This document shows, in pieces, positions 19,588 to 29,207 of a DNA stretch of 64,000 nucleotides. Location of the stretch: NCBI GenBank assembly GCA_963775425.1, contig CAVZJB010000011.1, positions 992,001 through 1,056,000 of the forward strand. Reading direction: 5' to 3'. The translations under genes and the position numbers were made by a program. Below the pieces are notes generated by a model. It made no database searches. It was not told the DNA's origin and saw only the letters and a list, made by a program, of their open reading frames with translations. Within the stretch, counting starts at the first letter, position 1, and each line of letters starts with the position of its first letter. The DNA is from an uncultured delta proteobacterium. Its GTDB lineage: Bacteria; Myxococcota; UBA727; VGSZ01.

Positions 19588-20532
19588 TCAACGGCAGCGG
19601 TTGGTGTCGAAGTCCATCTTGAGCACCTGCCACGTGCCCGCGAGCTTGACCTCGAGGTGACCGTTGTCCACGCGCCACGCGCCGTCGACCTGCGACCTGC
19701 TCCAGGGGTATTCGCCCGGCTCTTCGACGTCGAGCTGGCCGTTCTCCCCGAAGAAGTACTCGTTCCTGCCGCGCGTGCAGGAGCCGGCGTCGAGGATGCG
19801 GGCGGCGGTGGCGTCACCCGGCGTGCGCGTGTCTTCGAGGCGCTTGAGGACGGCGACGTTTTGCGCGTCGGTCTTCGACAGCGCGCGCATGGTGGGCAGC
19901 GGGTGATACCAGGCGCGCGAGCCGTAGTACGCCTTGAGCCACGGCGTGTGGAAGTCGCCCTTGCCGCGCTGGGCGAACACCGAGTTGCGCAGGAGCTTGA
20001 GCTCGATGAGCGGCTTGTCCCTGAGCGCGTCGACGTCGACGGTTTTGTCGAGCGGCAGGCGGTAGTCGGGCAGCGCCTTCATCTCGTCGGGCGTGAGGCG
20101 CGTGATGTGCGCGAGGTCGACCGTGCGCGCCCCCGCGTCGCCACCCATGGCGTGCTCGCGCTTCAGGATGGCGCGCGCGTTGTCGAGGTCGACGCCGGCG
20201 ACGACCTTCTCCGGTTTGTCGAGCGCCTTGTACCAGGAGCGCGACTCGAAGTAGTCGCGCAGCCAGCGCGTCTTGAACGGCACGCCGTACTGCGCGTAGA
20301 TGGAATTGCGCATCAGCTTGAGCTTGACGAGGGGCGCACCGGTGAGCGCGCCTTGCGCGAGCGGCTTGCCGAGCGGCACTTTCACGTCGGGCAGCGCGGC
20401 GAGCTGCGCGCGCGTGAGCGCGTCCGCCGCCGCCGCGGTCGCGGGCCACGACGCGCCCTCGTCGCCGCGCGCGCCCCCGGCGCCGAAGACGAAGACGGCA
20501 GCCACGAGGAGCGCGCGCAGGGAATTCGTCAT
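19588..20532 (-). CDS. Secreted protein with two YARHG domains
   Basis: Signal peptide; LKLMRNSIYAQYG..F...WL..YF..RSWY and LKLLRNSVFAQRG...WL..YY..RAWY. Confidence 0.8.
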   Translation of the reverse strand: MTNSLRALLVAAVFVFGAGGARGDEGASWPATAAAADALTRAQLAALPDVKVPLGKPLAQGALTGAPLVKLKLMRNSIYAQYGVPFKTRWLRDYFESRSWYKALDKPEKVVAGVDLDNARAILKREHAMGGDAGARTVDLAHITRLTPDEMKALPDYRLPLDKTVDVDALRDKPLIELKLLRNSVFAQRGKGDFHTPWLKAYYGSRAWYHPLPTMRALSKTDAQNVAVLKRLEDTRTPGDATAARILDAGSCTRGRNEYFFGENGQLDVEEPGEYPWSRSQVDGAWRVDNGHLEVKLAGTWQVLKMDFDTNRCR

Positions 20533-20610
20533 GGCCGCGAGCGTAGCCGCGGCACGGGCGCGGGTGAACACCGAACCCGCGCGCACGCCGCGGCGCGTCC
20601 GCGGCCGGGG

Positions 20611-22488
20611 TCAGCGAGCCGCGGGAGCGGCCGCGCGGACGAGCGCGAGGACCTCGGCGACGACCTCGTCGAGCGTCTTGCCGGTGGTGTCGACGATGAC
20701 GGCGTCGTCCGCGGGCTTGAGAGGCGCCACCGGCCGTTCGCTGTCCTGCTTGTCGCGGGCGATGATCTCGGCGAGGACCTGCTTGTACGCGGCCCCTTCG
20801 CCGGCGGCGAGGACGTCGGCGTCGCCCCGCTCGATGAGCTCCTTCGTGCGGCGCCGCGCGCGCTCCTCGGGGCTCGCCGTCACGAACGCCTTCACGGGCG
20901 CGTCCGGGAAGACGACGGTCCCGATGTCGCGGCCCTCGAGCACCGCCCCGGGCGCGCGCCGGCCCAGCGACCGCTGCAGCTCGAGCAGCGCGTCGCGCAC
21001 CGGCGGGTGACGGCTCACGGCCGAGGCCGCCGCGCTGACGTCGGGGGCGCGAATGGCCTCGGAGACGTCTTCGTCGCCGACGAACACGGAATTCACGCCG
21101 TCGTGCCACGCGAAGCGCAGCGACGACGCGAGCTCGCGCGCGATGACGGCGAGCGCGTCTCCGTCATCGACGCTGACGCTCCGGCGCAGGGCGAGGAGGG
21201 CCACCGAGCGATAGATGGCGCCGGTGTCGACGAGGGCGAGCCCGGAGCGCTCGGCGACGAGCTTGGCGACGGTGCTCTTGCCCGCGCCCGCGGGGCCGTC
21301 GAGCGCCACCACGAGCGAGGCGGCGTGTGCGCTCGCCGTGGCCGCGCCCGCGGAGCCGGCGGCGGCGGGGTGACCGGCGAGCATGTCGTCGAGGGCGGCG
21401 AACAGCTTGTCGTTCTCCTCGGGGGTGCCGACGCTGATCCGCACAGAGTGGCGGAGGTCGTAGTTGGCGACGGGGCGCACGATCACGCCGCGCCGGAGCA
21501 GCTCCGTGTTCACGCTCGGCACGTCGGGGAGGGCGCCGCCGACGCGGGCGAGCACGAAGTTCCCTTGCGACGGCGCCACCGAGAAGCCGCGCTTCTCGAG
21601 GCCGGCGGCGAGCCGCGGCAGCTCGTGCGTGTTGTGGGCGCGCGAGCGCTCGACGTGGGCGTTGTCGTCGAGCGCGGCGAGGGCTGCGGCCTGCGACAGC
21701 GCGCTGGTGTTGAACGCGTCGCGCAGCCGATTGAGCACGTCGGCGAGCGCAGGGTCGCAGACGGCGTAGCCGACGCGCAGGGACGCGAGCCCGAAGATCT
21801 TGGAGAACGTGCGCAGCACCGCGGTGCGCGGCCGCTTCTGCACCCAGGTGATCCCGTCGGGGTATTGCGGGTCCGTGACGTACTCGGCGTAGGCCTCGTC
21901 GAGGACCACGACGACGTCGGGCGGGACGCGGGCGAAGAACGCGTCGAGGTCGGCGGCGGAGAAGGCGCGACCGGTGGGGTTGTTGGGGTTGGCGAGGAAG
22001 CAGAGCTTGGCGGTGGGGTCGGCGCGGGCGGCGTCGGCCATCTTCTCGAGGTCGTAGCCGAGGTCGGGCAGGAGCGGAACCGCGAGCTCCTCGCGCCCCA
22101 TGCCGCGGGCGGCGATGCGGTAGCACACGAAGCTCGGCCACGCGTTGAGCAGCTTCTCGCCGACGTCGAGGACGGAGCGGGCGAAGAGGTCGATGAGCTC
22201 GTTGGTGCCGTTGCCGAGCACGATCTGCGCGGTGGTGACGCCGTGCCTCTTATGGCGCCTGGCGAGGCGCTCCTTCAGGTAGAAGCCGCCGGCGTCGGGG
22301 TAGAGGTGGACCTTTTGCAGTGTTCGCTCGATCGCCTTGAGCGCGAGCGGCGACGGGCCGAGGCAGTTCTCGTTGGACGCGAGCTTGGCGATGTCCTTCA
22401 CGCCGTACTCGCGCTCGGTTTCCTCGATGGGCTTGCCCGGCACGTACGGGACGAGCTTGTCGAAGAACGGCGCGACGAGCGGACGCAT
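20611..22488 (-). CDS. hisC-cmk: Histidinol-phosphate aminotransferase fused to cytidylate kinase (HisC-Cmk)
   Basis: KLASNEN, NPNNPTG, DEAY, RTFSKIFGLASLRVGY (PLP Lys); Ala-rich linker; LDGPAGAGKST, DTGAIYR, EGRDIGTVVFPDA; one frame with no stop. Confidence 0.9.
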   Translation of the reverse strand: MRPLVAPFFDKLVPYVPGKPIEETEREYGVKDIAKLASNENCLGPSPLALKAIERTLQKVHLYPDAGGFYLKERLARRHKRHGVTTAQIVLGNGTNELIDLFARSVLDVGEKLLNAWPSFVCYRIAARGMGREELAVPLLPDLGYDLEKMADAARADPTAKLCFLANPNNPTGRAFSAADLDAFFARVPPDVVVVLDEAYAEYVTDPQYPDGITWVQKRPRTAVLRTFSKIFGLASLRVGYAVCDPALADVLNRLRDAFNTSALSQAAALAALDDNAHVERSRAHNTHELPRLAAGLEKRGFSVAPSQGNFVLARVGGALPDVPSVNTELLRRGVIVRPVANYDLRHSVRISVGTPEENDKLFAALDDMLAGHPAAAGSAGAATASAHAASLVVALDGPAGAGKSTVAKLVAERSGLALVDTGAIYRSVALLALRRSVSVDDGDALAVIARELASSLRFAWHDGVNSVFVGDEDVSEAIRAPDVSAAASAVSRHPPVRDALLELQRSLGRRAPGAVLEGRDIGTVVFPDAPVKAFVTASPEERARRRTKELIERGDADVLAAGEGAAYKQVLAEIIARDKQDSERPVAPLKPADDAVIVDTTGKTLDEVVAEVLALVRAAAPAAR

Positions 22489-22667
22489 GGCCCCCGATAC
22501 AAAGGCCACGCCGTCCGCGCAACGCTCCCGGGGCGTGGCGCGCGGGGCCGCGCCTGCGGCGACGCTCGAAAAGGGGTACGCGCGCATGTCTCGAGCCCGG
22601 GTCGCCGGCCGCGCCGTCGTCGAGCTTGCCCGGTTGACGCTCGCCCGCGGCAGCGGGAGACGGCGCC

Positions 22668-23236
22668 ATGGCGACGCTCGACCTCGACGCGGCCACCGCG
22701 GAGCACCCGGTGCAGATCGGGCGTTACACCGTGGTCGGCCTGATCGGGCGCGGTGGGATGGGCGATGTCTACGAGGCGCTCGACGGCGCGCACGGCGACC
22801 GCGTACGCGGACGCGGCGCCGTCCACGTGGCTGCTCCCGGTCCTTCACCAGCTCGCGGCGCTGTCGGCGTGCGCGAGCTGGGGCGAGCTCGACGACGCCG
22901 AGAGGAGGGTGCTGCGGCCGAACATCGAGGCGAGCCTCACGGCGCTGAAGAAGCTCGCGGCCCACGCCGGTGAACTTCGCGCACCGCGTGCTGCTCATCG
23001 AAGGCGAGCTCGCGCGCATCGACGGGCGCACCGGCGAGGCGGTGTCCCGCTTCGACGAGGCGATCCGGCTGGCGACGGCGGGGGAGTGGACGGGCGAGAT
23101 CGCTGTCGGCCACGAGCTTCGCGCGCGCGTGTCCGAAAACGCGGCCGACGCCGAGCGGCACCGACGCACCGCGCGCGACGTCTACGACCGCTGGGGCGCG
23201 CGGGTGAAGGTCGCGCTCCTCGACTCCGGGGCGTGA
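22668..23236 (+). pseudogene. Remnant of a large Ser/Thr kinase-AAA-TPR protein with internal deletion and frameshifts
   Basis: IGRYTVVGLIGRGGMGDVYEALD (kinase subdomain I only), then out-of-frame LKKLAAHA / NFAHRVLLIEGELARI..EAIRLA..YDRWGARVKV, typical of the distal part of such proteins. Confidence 0.75.
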
Positions 23237-23270
23237 GCCGAAAGGCTGGGAAGACGCGTGCTCGTCGTGC

Positions 23271-23993
23271 TCACGTGCGCAGCGCCTCGACGTCGAGGGC
23301 CGCGGCATCGAGCCGCGTCCACCACGGCTCTTTCTTGAACCACGTGCGCTGCCGCCGCGCATATTGGCGCGTGCGCACCGCCGTCCGCGCCACGGCCTCG
23401 TCGAGCGTGCAGCGCCCGTCGACGAGGGCGAGCGCCTCGGCGACGCCGAGCGTGTCGAGCAGGCGGTGCGCGGGGCCGAGCCGCTCGCGCAGCGCGCGGG
23501 CCTCGCCGGCGAGCCCGGCGTCGAACATCGCGCGCGCTCGCGTGGCGATGCGCGGCTCGAGGAACGGAAGCGGCGCGTCCACGAGGAACCAGCGCGCGTG
23601 CACGCGGGGCGCCCGGCGGAGCATCGCGTCCATGTCGCGCGGCGCGCCGGGCGGGTCGAGGCCGAGCCGCCAGGCGCGCAGGTAGAGGCCCGTGCCGCCG
23701 ACGAGGACGGGGACGCGGCCGCGCGCGGCGATCTCGGCGGCGAGCGTGTCGGCGCGATCCGAAAACGCCGCGGCGGTCATCGTGTCCTCGGGCGGCACCG
23801 CGCCGTACAGGTGATGCGGGACGCGCGCGCGCTCGTCCGCCGACGGCGCCGCCGTGGCGATGGGCATGCCCGCGTAGATCTGCCGGCTGTCCGCGCAGAC
23901 GATCTCGCCGCCGACGCGCTCGGCCAGCGCGAGCGCGAGCGCGCTCTTCCCCGACGCCGTCGGCCCGGCAATCACGAGCGGCGTCGTCGTCAT
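23271..23993 (-). CDS. miaA: tRNA dimethylallyltransferase, unusually short (240 aa)
   Basis: GPTASGKS, ADSRQIY, PHHL, VGGTGLY, TRQYARRQRTWF; ATGA-coupled to mutL. Confidence 0.88.
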   Translation of the reverse strand: MTTTPLVIAGPTASGKSALALALAERVGGEIVCADSRQIYAGMPIATAAPSADERARVPHHLYGAVPPEDTMTAAAFSDRADTLAAEIAARGRVPVLVGGTGLYLRAWRLGLDPPGAPRDMDAMLRRAPRVHARWFLVDAPLPFLEPRIATRARAMFDAGLAGEARALRERLGPAHRLLDTLGVAEALALVDGRCTLDEAVARTAVRTRQYARRQRTWFKKEPWWTRLDAAALDVEALRT

Positions 23994-25855
23994 CCCCGGT
24001 CGAACCATCGCGCGAGCTCCTCGTAGCGCACGGTGCGCACCACGGGCCGGCCGTGGGGGCAGTGGGCGCCGAGGTCGATGGCGTCGAGGTCGCGCAACAA
24101 GGCCCGCACGGAGTCGGCGGACACGGCGTCGCCGGCGCGCACGGCGGCGTGGCACGCCAGGCGGGCGCAGACGCGGTCGACGCGGTCGTCGAGGGCGGCG
24201 GAGCCGCCGGTGCTCGCGAGCTCCGCCAGGGCGTCGCGCGCGATGACCTCCGCCTTCTTGCCGTCGAGGCCGGGCGGCACGGCTTTGACGACGGCGGTGC
24301 GCGGGCCGAACGGCTCGACGACGAGGCCGTGCCGCTCGAGCAGCGCGCGGCCCTCGGCGTCGTCGAGGGCGCTCATCTCGAGCGCGGACAGGTCGATGGT
24401 GAGCGGGATGAGCAGCGGCTGCGACGGCGCGTTGCCCTCGAGCTTTCGCGCTCGCAAGCGCTCGAACACCACGCGCTCGTGGGCCGCGTGCTGGTCGATG
24501 ACGACCATCCCCTCGGGCGCCTCGAGCACGAGGTACGTGGCCCCCACCTGGCCGACGACGCGCAGCGCCGCGAACGAAGCGGACCCGCCGCTGCCCGCCA
24601 CCGGCAACAGAGAGAGCGGCCGCGTCAGCCGCCCGTCGACGGCCCCGCCGGTGTCGCCCGCTCCCTGGGAGCCGGTGTGCAGCGGGGACGAGGGCCCGCG
24701 CGCCGCGCCGAAGCGCGCGAGCGCGTCGCGGACGCGGGCGCGGTGGGCGTCGACGAGCCCGCCCCCCGTGGGCTCGACGCCGCCGGCGGCGTCGCCGGAG
24801 AGCACCATGATGCGCGGCCGGATCGCCGCCGGCGCCGCCTTCAGCCACGGCGTGCTCGCGAGGAAGTCGGACAGGAGCGCGATCACGTGGCCGTTCACCC
24901 GGCGCGGGTCGACGAAGCGCACCTCGGCCTTGCGCGGGTGCACGTTGACGTCGACGAGGGACGGGTCGATGCGGATGTCGAGCGCCACGATGGGCTGGCG
25001 CCCGACCTCGAGGAGCGTGCGAAACGCGGCCCGCACCGCGCCCACGAGGCCGCGGTCGGCGACCGGGCGCCCGTTGACGCTCAGGCGAACGCCGGCGAGG
25101 TCGCGGCGCGTCTCCAGCGGCGCCACCACGTAGCCCGTCAGGCCGAGGAGCTCCGTCGACGCTTCGAAAGGAAAGAGGTGCGGGCGCACGTGCTTGCCGA
25201 GGCAGCGCACGGCGCGCTCGATGCGCAGCGGGTCCGACGCCGCCGCCGGCGCCCCCGGCAGGTCGAGGGCGACCTTGCCGTCGACGGTCACGCGAAACGA
25301 CACCTGCGGCAGGCACAGCGCCGCCGCCGCGACGGCGTCTTCGATGTGACCGGCCTCGGTGCGCGCCGCCTTCAGGAACTTCCGGCGCGCGGGCGTGTTG
25401 AAGAACAGGTCCTCGACGTCGATGCGCGTCCCCGCCGGCGCCCCCGCCTCGCCCACGTGCGTGACGCGCCCGCCCTCTACGGCGACCTCGTGGGCGGCGT
25501 CCGCGCCCGGCGGCCGGGTGAGCAGGCGCACCCGGGCGACGGAGGCGATGGCGGCGAGGGCCTCGCCGCGGAAGCCGAAGCTGCCGATGTGCAGGAGATC
25601 GTCGGCGACGTCGAGCTTGCTCGTTGCGTGCCGCGAGAAGCACAGCACGGCGTCGGCGGCGTCCATGCCGTCGCCGTCGTCGATCACGGTGATGCGCTCC
25701 ACGCCGCCGCCGGCGACCTCGACGTCCACCCGCGCGGCGCCCGCGTCGAGCGCGTTTTCGACGAGCTCCTTGACCACCGACGCCGGCCGCTCCACCACCT
25801 CGCCGGCCGCGATCTGGTCGGCGACGCGCGCCTCGAGGACGTGGATGCTTCCCAC
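23990..25855 (-). CDS. mutL: DNA mismatch repair endonuclease MutL
   Basis: IAAGEVVERPASVVKELVENALDAG, GFRGEAL, DVNVHP, DQHAAHER, ACH, CPHGRP. Confidence 0.97.
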   Translation of the reverse strand: MGSIHVLEARVADQIAAGEVVERPASVVKELVENALDAGAARVDVEVAGGGVERITVIDDGDGMDAADAVLCFSRHATSKLDVADDLLHIGSFGFRGEALAAIASVARVRLLTRPPGADAAHEVAVEGGRVTHVGEAGAPAGTRIDVEDLFFNTPARRKFLKAARTEAGHIEDAVAAAALCLPQVSFRVTVDGKVALDLPGAPAAASDPLRIERAVRCLGKHVRPHLFPFEASTELLGLTGYVVAPLETRRDLAGVRLSVNGRPVADRGLVGAVRAAFRTLLEVGRQPIVALDIRIDPSLVDVNVHPRKAEVRFVDPRRVNGHVIALLSDFLASTPWLKAAPAAIRPRIMVLSGDAAGGVEPTGGGLVDAHRARVRDALARFGAARGPSSPLHTGSQGAGDTGGAVDGRLTRPLSLLPVAGSGGSASFAALRVVGQVGATYLVLEAPEGMVVIDQHAAHERVVFERLRARKLEGNAPSQPLLIPLTIDLSALEMSALDDAEGRALLERHGLVVEPFGPRTAVVKAVPPGLDGKKAEVIARDALAELASTGGSAALDDRVDRVCARLACHAAVRAGDAVSADSVRALLRDLDAIDLGAHCPHGRPVVRTVRYEELARWFDRG

Positions 25856-25902
25856 GCGCGCACTCTACCGCGCGCCCGCGTCAGGGACGCGCGCCGGAGC
25901 GG

Positions 25903-26838
25903 TCAGCGCGAGAGCAGGGCCGCGATGACGACGGCGGCGACGGCGGCGGCGATGGAGGCGCCGAGCACGAGACCCTGCACGAAGGCCCGGCGCGTGGCGG
26001 ACCTCACCGTGGCGACGAGCGCCGGCGGGATGGCGTCCTCGATGGTCTTTTCGTCGAGCACCGACACCATCGGCCCTTGCCCGGCCGGCTCCGGCGTCGC
26101 CGCCGCAGGCTGCTGCGGCCGCGGCGCGCGCTGGATGCGCATGGTCTCTTCTTCGTCCGGGGCCCTCGCCGGCCACGGCGGGGCGGGGCGCGGCGCACGG
26201 GCAGGCGCGGGCGCCGGCGGCGCGGGAGCCGGCGCCGGGCTCGCCGCCGGCGTCGCGGGGCGCCCCGGGGCCGCCGTCATGCGCAGCGACGCCTCGAGGT
26301 CGATGTCGATGGCGGCGAGCTCCTCCTTCGCCGGCGCGCGCACGTGCCGGCGCGACGCCTCGAGATCGATCTCGATGGCCTCGGCGGCGTCGGCCGCGCC
26401 GCCGCCCTGGGCGCCGGAGCCGAGGGAGTACAGCCGCTGCAGCAGCTCGCGCACCCGCGCCTCGGGCGCCAGGTGCGCCTGGAAGTTCACGAGGAGCTTG
26501 TCGAGGAGGGCGTTCGTGTCGGGATCGGTGATCAGCACGTGCAGCACGCCGTGGGGGTCGCGGCGGACGGGGCAGGCCAGGGCGTCTCTGAGCTGGTGCG
26601 CCGTGGAGTGCAGCAGGTGCACCGCCACCGGACGCTCGAGCACGTCGGGGCCGGCCACCGGGATACCGGAGATGCGCGCGAGCTCGTCGAAGAGCCGTCG
26701 GGCGTCGGCGCCGGCGGCGACGAGCCGGCCGGTGTACGACGTGGGACCGCCCGGGGGCGAGCTGGTCGCGCGCTGGGCGATCTCCCGCGTGAGGACACCA
26801 CGCGCGATGAGGGTTTCGATGACGTCGGACGAAGGCAC
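25903..26838 (-). CDS. Protein with GspE/PilB N-terminal-like (T2SSE_N) domain, Pro-rich linker and C-terminal TM
   Basis: LIARGVLT, ELARISGIP, ACPVR..G.LHVLITDP pattern; hydrophobic C-terminus. Confidence 0.55.
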   Translation of the reverse strand: MPSSDVIETLIARGVLTREIAQRATSSPPGGPTSYTGRLVAAGADARRLFDELARISGIPVAGPDVLERPVAVHLLHSTAHQLRDALACPVRRDPHGVLHVLITDPDTNALLDKLLVNFQAHLAPEARVRELLQRLYSLGSGAQGGGAADAAEAIEIDLEASRRHVRAPAKEELAAIDIDLEASLRMTAAPGRPATPAASPAPAPAPPAPAPARAPRPAPPWPARAPDEEETMRIQRAPRPQQPAAATPEPAGQGPMVSVLDEKTIEDAIPPALVATVRSATRRAFVQGLVLGASIAAAVAAVVIAALLSR

Positions 26839-26901
26839 GGAAGCGATGCTACAGCGGGTCGGGCCCGGGTTGGAGGGCCGCGGGGCGCGCGAGCACGGCC
26901 C

Positions 26902-28281
26902 TCATCCGATGATCCCGCGCTCGCGACACACTTCTTTCGAGAGCTCGTGGACGTTCAGCCGCATGCCCACCTTGTGCATCAAGGCGCGCAGCCCGGCGAG
27001 CACCCGCACATAGAAGATGATCTCGCGGGGCGGCGCCCAGCTCTTGATGCTGGGGTTGTCGAGGACGAACCGCAGCGCCTGCTCCTGCACCTTCCACGTG
27101 CCGAAGTCGGTGATCCGGTTGCTCGTGAGGGGCTCGAACAGCAGCGAGAGCCACTCGTAGACCACCTCGGGGTCCACGCCCTTGTCCATGAAGCCGAGCT
27201 TGCGCCAGGTGGCCTGGAGCGCGTCGATGTCATGTTTCCACAAGCCTGCAAGCAAGCGGAGTTGGTCGTCCATCACCTCGAGCGGGTAGTCGCGCACGCA
27301 GCCGAGGTCGAGGAGCCCGATGGGCGGGACGCCGTCCACCGCTTCGGTGCTTGTCAAAACGAGGAAGTTGCCCGGGTGCGGGTCCGCGTGGAGCGCACCG
27401 TGGCGGTGGATCATCTCGAGGTACGCCCGCAGCAGGCGCCGGCCCTGGATGGTCTTCTGCTCGGGGGTGGCGTCGCGCAGCCAGTCCTCGAGCCGCTCCC
27501 CCTCGAAGAGCTCCATCACGAGCACCTGCTTGCGGGACAGCTCGTGTACCGGGATGGGCACGCGCACGCCCTCGACGTCCTTGAGCACCACCTGGAAGCG
27601 CTCGAGGTTCCCCGCCTCGTTCAGGTAGTCGCTCTCCCGCTGGATGACGCTGGTGATCTCCTCGAGGTACGCGTCCACGCGCTCCTTGGGGAGCTGCGCG
27701 CGTGCGAGCACGAGCAGCGACCCGAGGTTCTTCATGTCGCTCTCGATGGTCCCCGCGATGCCCGGGTATTGCACCTTGACGGCGACGTCGACGCCGTCGC
27801 GGGTGCGCGCGCGGTGCACCTGGCCGATGCTGGCGGCGCCGATGGGTGTCTCGGAGAAGCTCTCGAACACCTCGTCGAGGGGCTGCTCGAGGGCCTTCTC
27901 CACCTCGGCCTTCACGGTGGCGAAGTCCATCGGCGGCGCCGAGTGCTGAAGCTGCGAGAGCTGCTCGACCACCTCGGGGGGCAACAGCTCCGGGTCGGTG
28001 GCGAGCATCTGCCCGACCTTCATGGCGGCGCCCTTGAGCTCGCCGAGGGTGCGGGTCACCTGCTCGGCGCTGCGCTGCAGCGCCTTCTTCTCCGCGGTGG
28101 CGGCCGAGGTCTCGTTCGAAAACGCCGACGTCACCTTCTGCGTCAGGTGGCGCGCGGCCACCGACGCGGACAGCCCCGTGAGCTTGGCGAAGCGCGAAAA
28201 GCGCGACGACGTCGGCGCCTGGGGCGCGGGCCCCGGCGGCTCAGGCGCGGTGGGCTTCTTCGGCGGCGGCTCGGCGGGCAT
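26902..28281 (-). CDS. ABC1/AarF/UbiB family atypical kinase
   Basis: KGAAMKVGQ, AASIGQVHRA, VAVKVQYPG, HADPHPGN, LLDLG. Confidence 0.92.
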   Translation of the reverse strand: MPAEPPPKKPTAPEPPGPAPQAPTSSRFSRFAKLTGLSASVAARHLTQKVTSAFSNETSAATAEKKALQRSAEQVTRTLGELKGAAMKVGQMLATDPELLPPEVVEQLSQLQHSAPPMDFATVKAEVEKALEQPLDEVFESFSETPIGAASIGQVHRARTRDGVDVAVKVQYPGIAGTIESDMKNLGSLLVLARAQLPKERVDAYLEEITSVIQRESDYLNEAGNLERFQVVLKDVEGVRVPIPVHELSRKQVLVMELFEGERLEDWLRDATPEQKTIQGRRLLRAYLEMIHRHGALHADPHPGNFLVLTSTEAVDGVPPIGLLDLGCVRDYPLEVMDDQLRLLAGLWKHDIDALQATWRKLGFMDKGVDPEVVYEWLSLLFEPLTSNRITDFGTWKVQEQALRFVLDNPSIKSWAPPREIIFYVRVLAGLRALMHKVGMRLNVHELSKEVCRERGIIG

Positions 28282-28295
28282 GCGGGGGGAACATA

Positions 28296-29207
28296 TCAGC
28301 GGCGCACCCGCGGCGCCGCGGCCACGAGCGCGCGGGTATAGGAGTGCTCGGGCGCCTCGAAGAGCTGCTCGGTGGGGCGGAGCTCCACCAGGGCGCCGTG
28401 CTGGAGCACGCCGACGCGGTCGGCGAGCGAGCGGGCGGCCGCGAGGTCCTTGCAGAGCACGAGGAGCGCCGCCCTGCGCTCGTTGCGCAACACCGCGAGC
28501 GTCTCGAGGATGGCCGCGCGCTCCGACGGGTCCAGGCCTCCCGCGGGCTCGTCGACGACGAGCACGGACGGCTCCGCCAGCAGCGCCCGCGCCAACGCCA
28601 CCCGCTTCTTCTGCCCCGCCGACAGCGTGCTCGCGCGCCGGCCGAGGACGGCGGGGTCGAGGTGGACGCGGGCGAGGGCGGCGGCGAAGCGCTCGCGGCG
28701 CGGGCCCCGGCCGGCGAGCCGCAAGGCGTCGTCGGCGAGGGTGAGGGTCTCGGCGACGGGGAGGCGGGGGTCGATGCCGGCCTCGGGGTCGTCGAAGAGC
28801 ACCTGGAGGTTCCTGCGCACCGCGAGGCCGCGCGAGAGGTGCGCCTTGTGGGCGTTGATGCCGTCGACCTCGATGGCGCCGCTGCTCGGTTTGAGCAGGC
28901 GCGCGCACGCGTACGCCACCGTCGACTTGCCGGCGCCGTCCTCGCCGACGAGCGCGAGCGCGCTGCCGGTGTCGACGTCGAAGGTGAGGTGATCGAGGAC
29001 GTGCACGGCGGCCTCGTCGCGCGCGCCGAGGGCGAAGAACAGGAAGCGCGCGAGGTCAGGCAGGTCGCGTGTCGCCTGCGGCGTGGCCGGCGCGCTCCCC
29101 GCGACGCTGTGCTTGACGACGAGGTCGCGGAAGCGCAGCGCGGGCGGGGCGACCCCGGCCGCCGGCGCGGCGCTCGCGGCGTCGTCGTCGCTCGGGCCCA
29201 CGCTCAA
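28296..29207 (-). CDS. Oligopeptide-type ABC ATPase (OppF/DppF-like), degenerate Q-loop and H-loop
   Basis: GEDGAGKST, LSAGQKKR, VVDEP, PEHSYTRALV; VLFDDP instead of FQDP and LCKDL instead of SHDL; start uncertain (TTGA overlap). Confidence 0.8.
   Translation of the reverse strand: MSVGPSDDDAASAAPAAGVAPPALRFRDLVVKHSVAGSAPATPQATRDLPDLARFLFFALGARDEAAVHVLDHLTFDVDTGSALALVGEDGAGKSTVAYACARLLKPSSGAIEVDGINAHKAHLSRGLAVRRNLQVLFDDPEAGIDPRLPVAETLTLADDALRLAGRGPRRERFAAALARVHLDPAVLGRRASTLSAGQKKRVALARALLAEPSVLVVDEPAGGLDPSERAAILETLAVLRNERRAALLVLCKDLAAARSLADRVGVLQHGALVELRPTEQLFEAPEHSYTRALVAAAPRVRR

Noticed and set aside
23271-25643. MiaA with a long N-terminal extension, or a MutL-MiaA fusion
   Set aside because: The upstream part is an alternative frame of mutL; the true start is the ATGA overlap at 23993.
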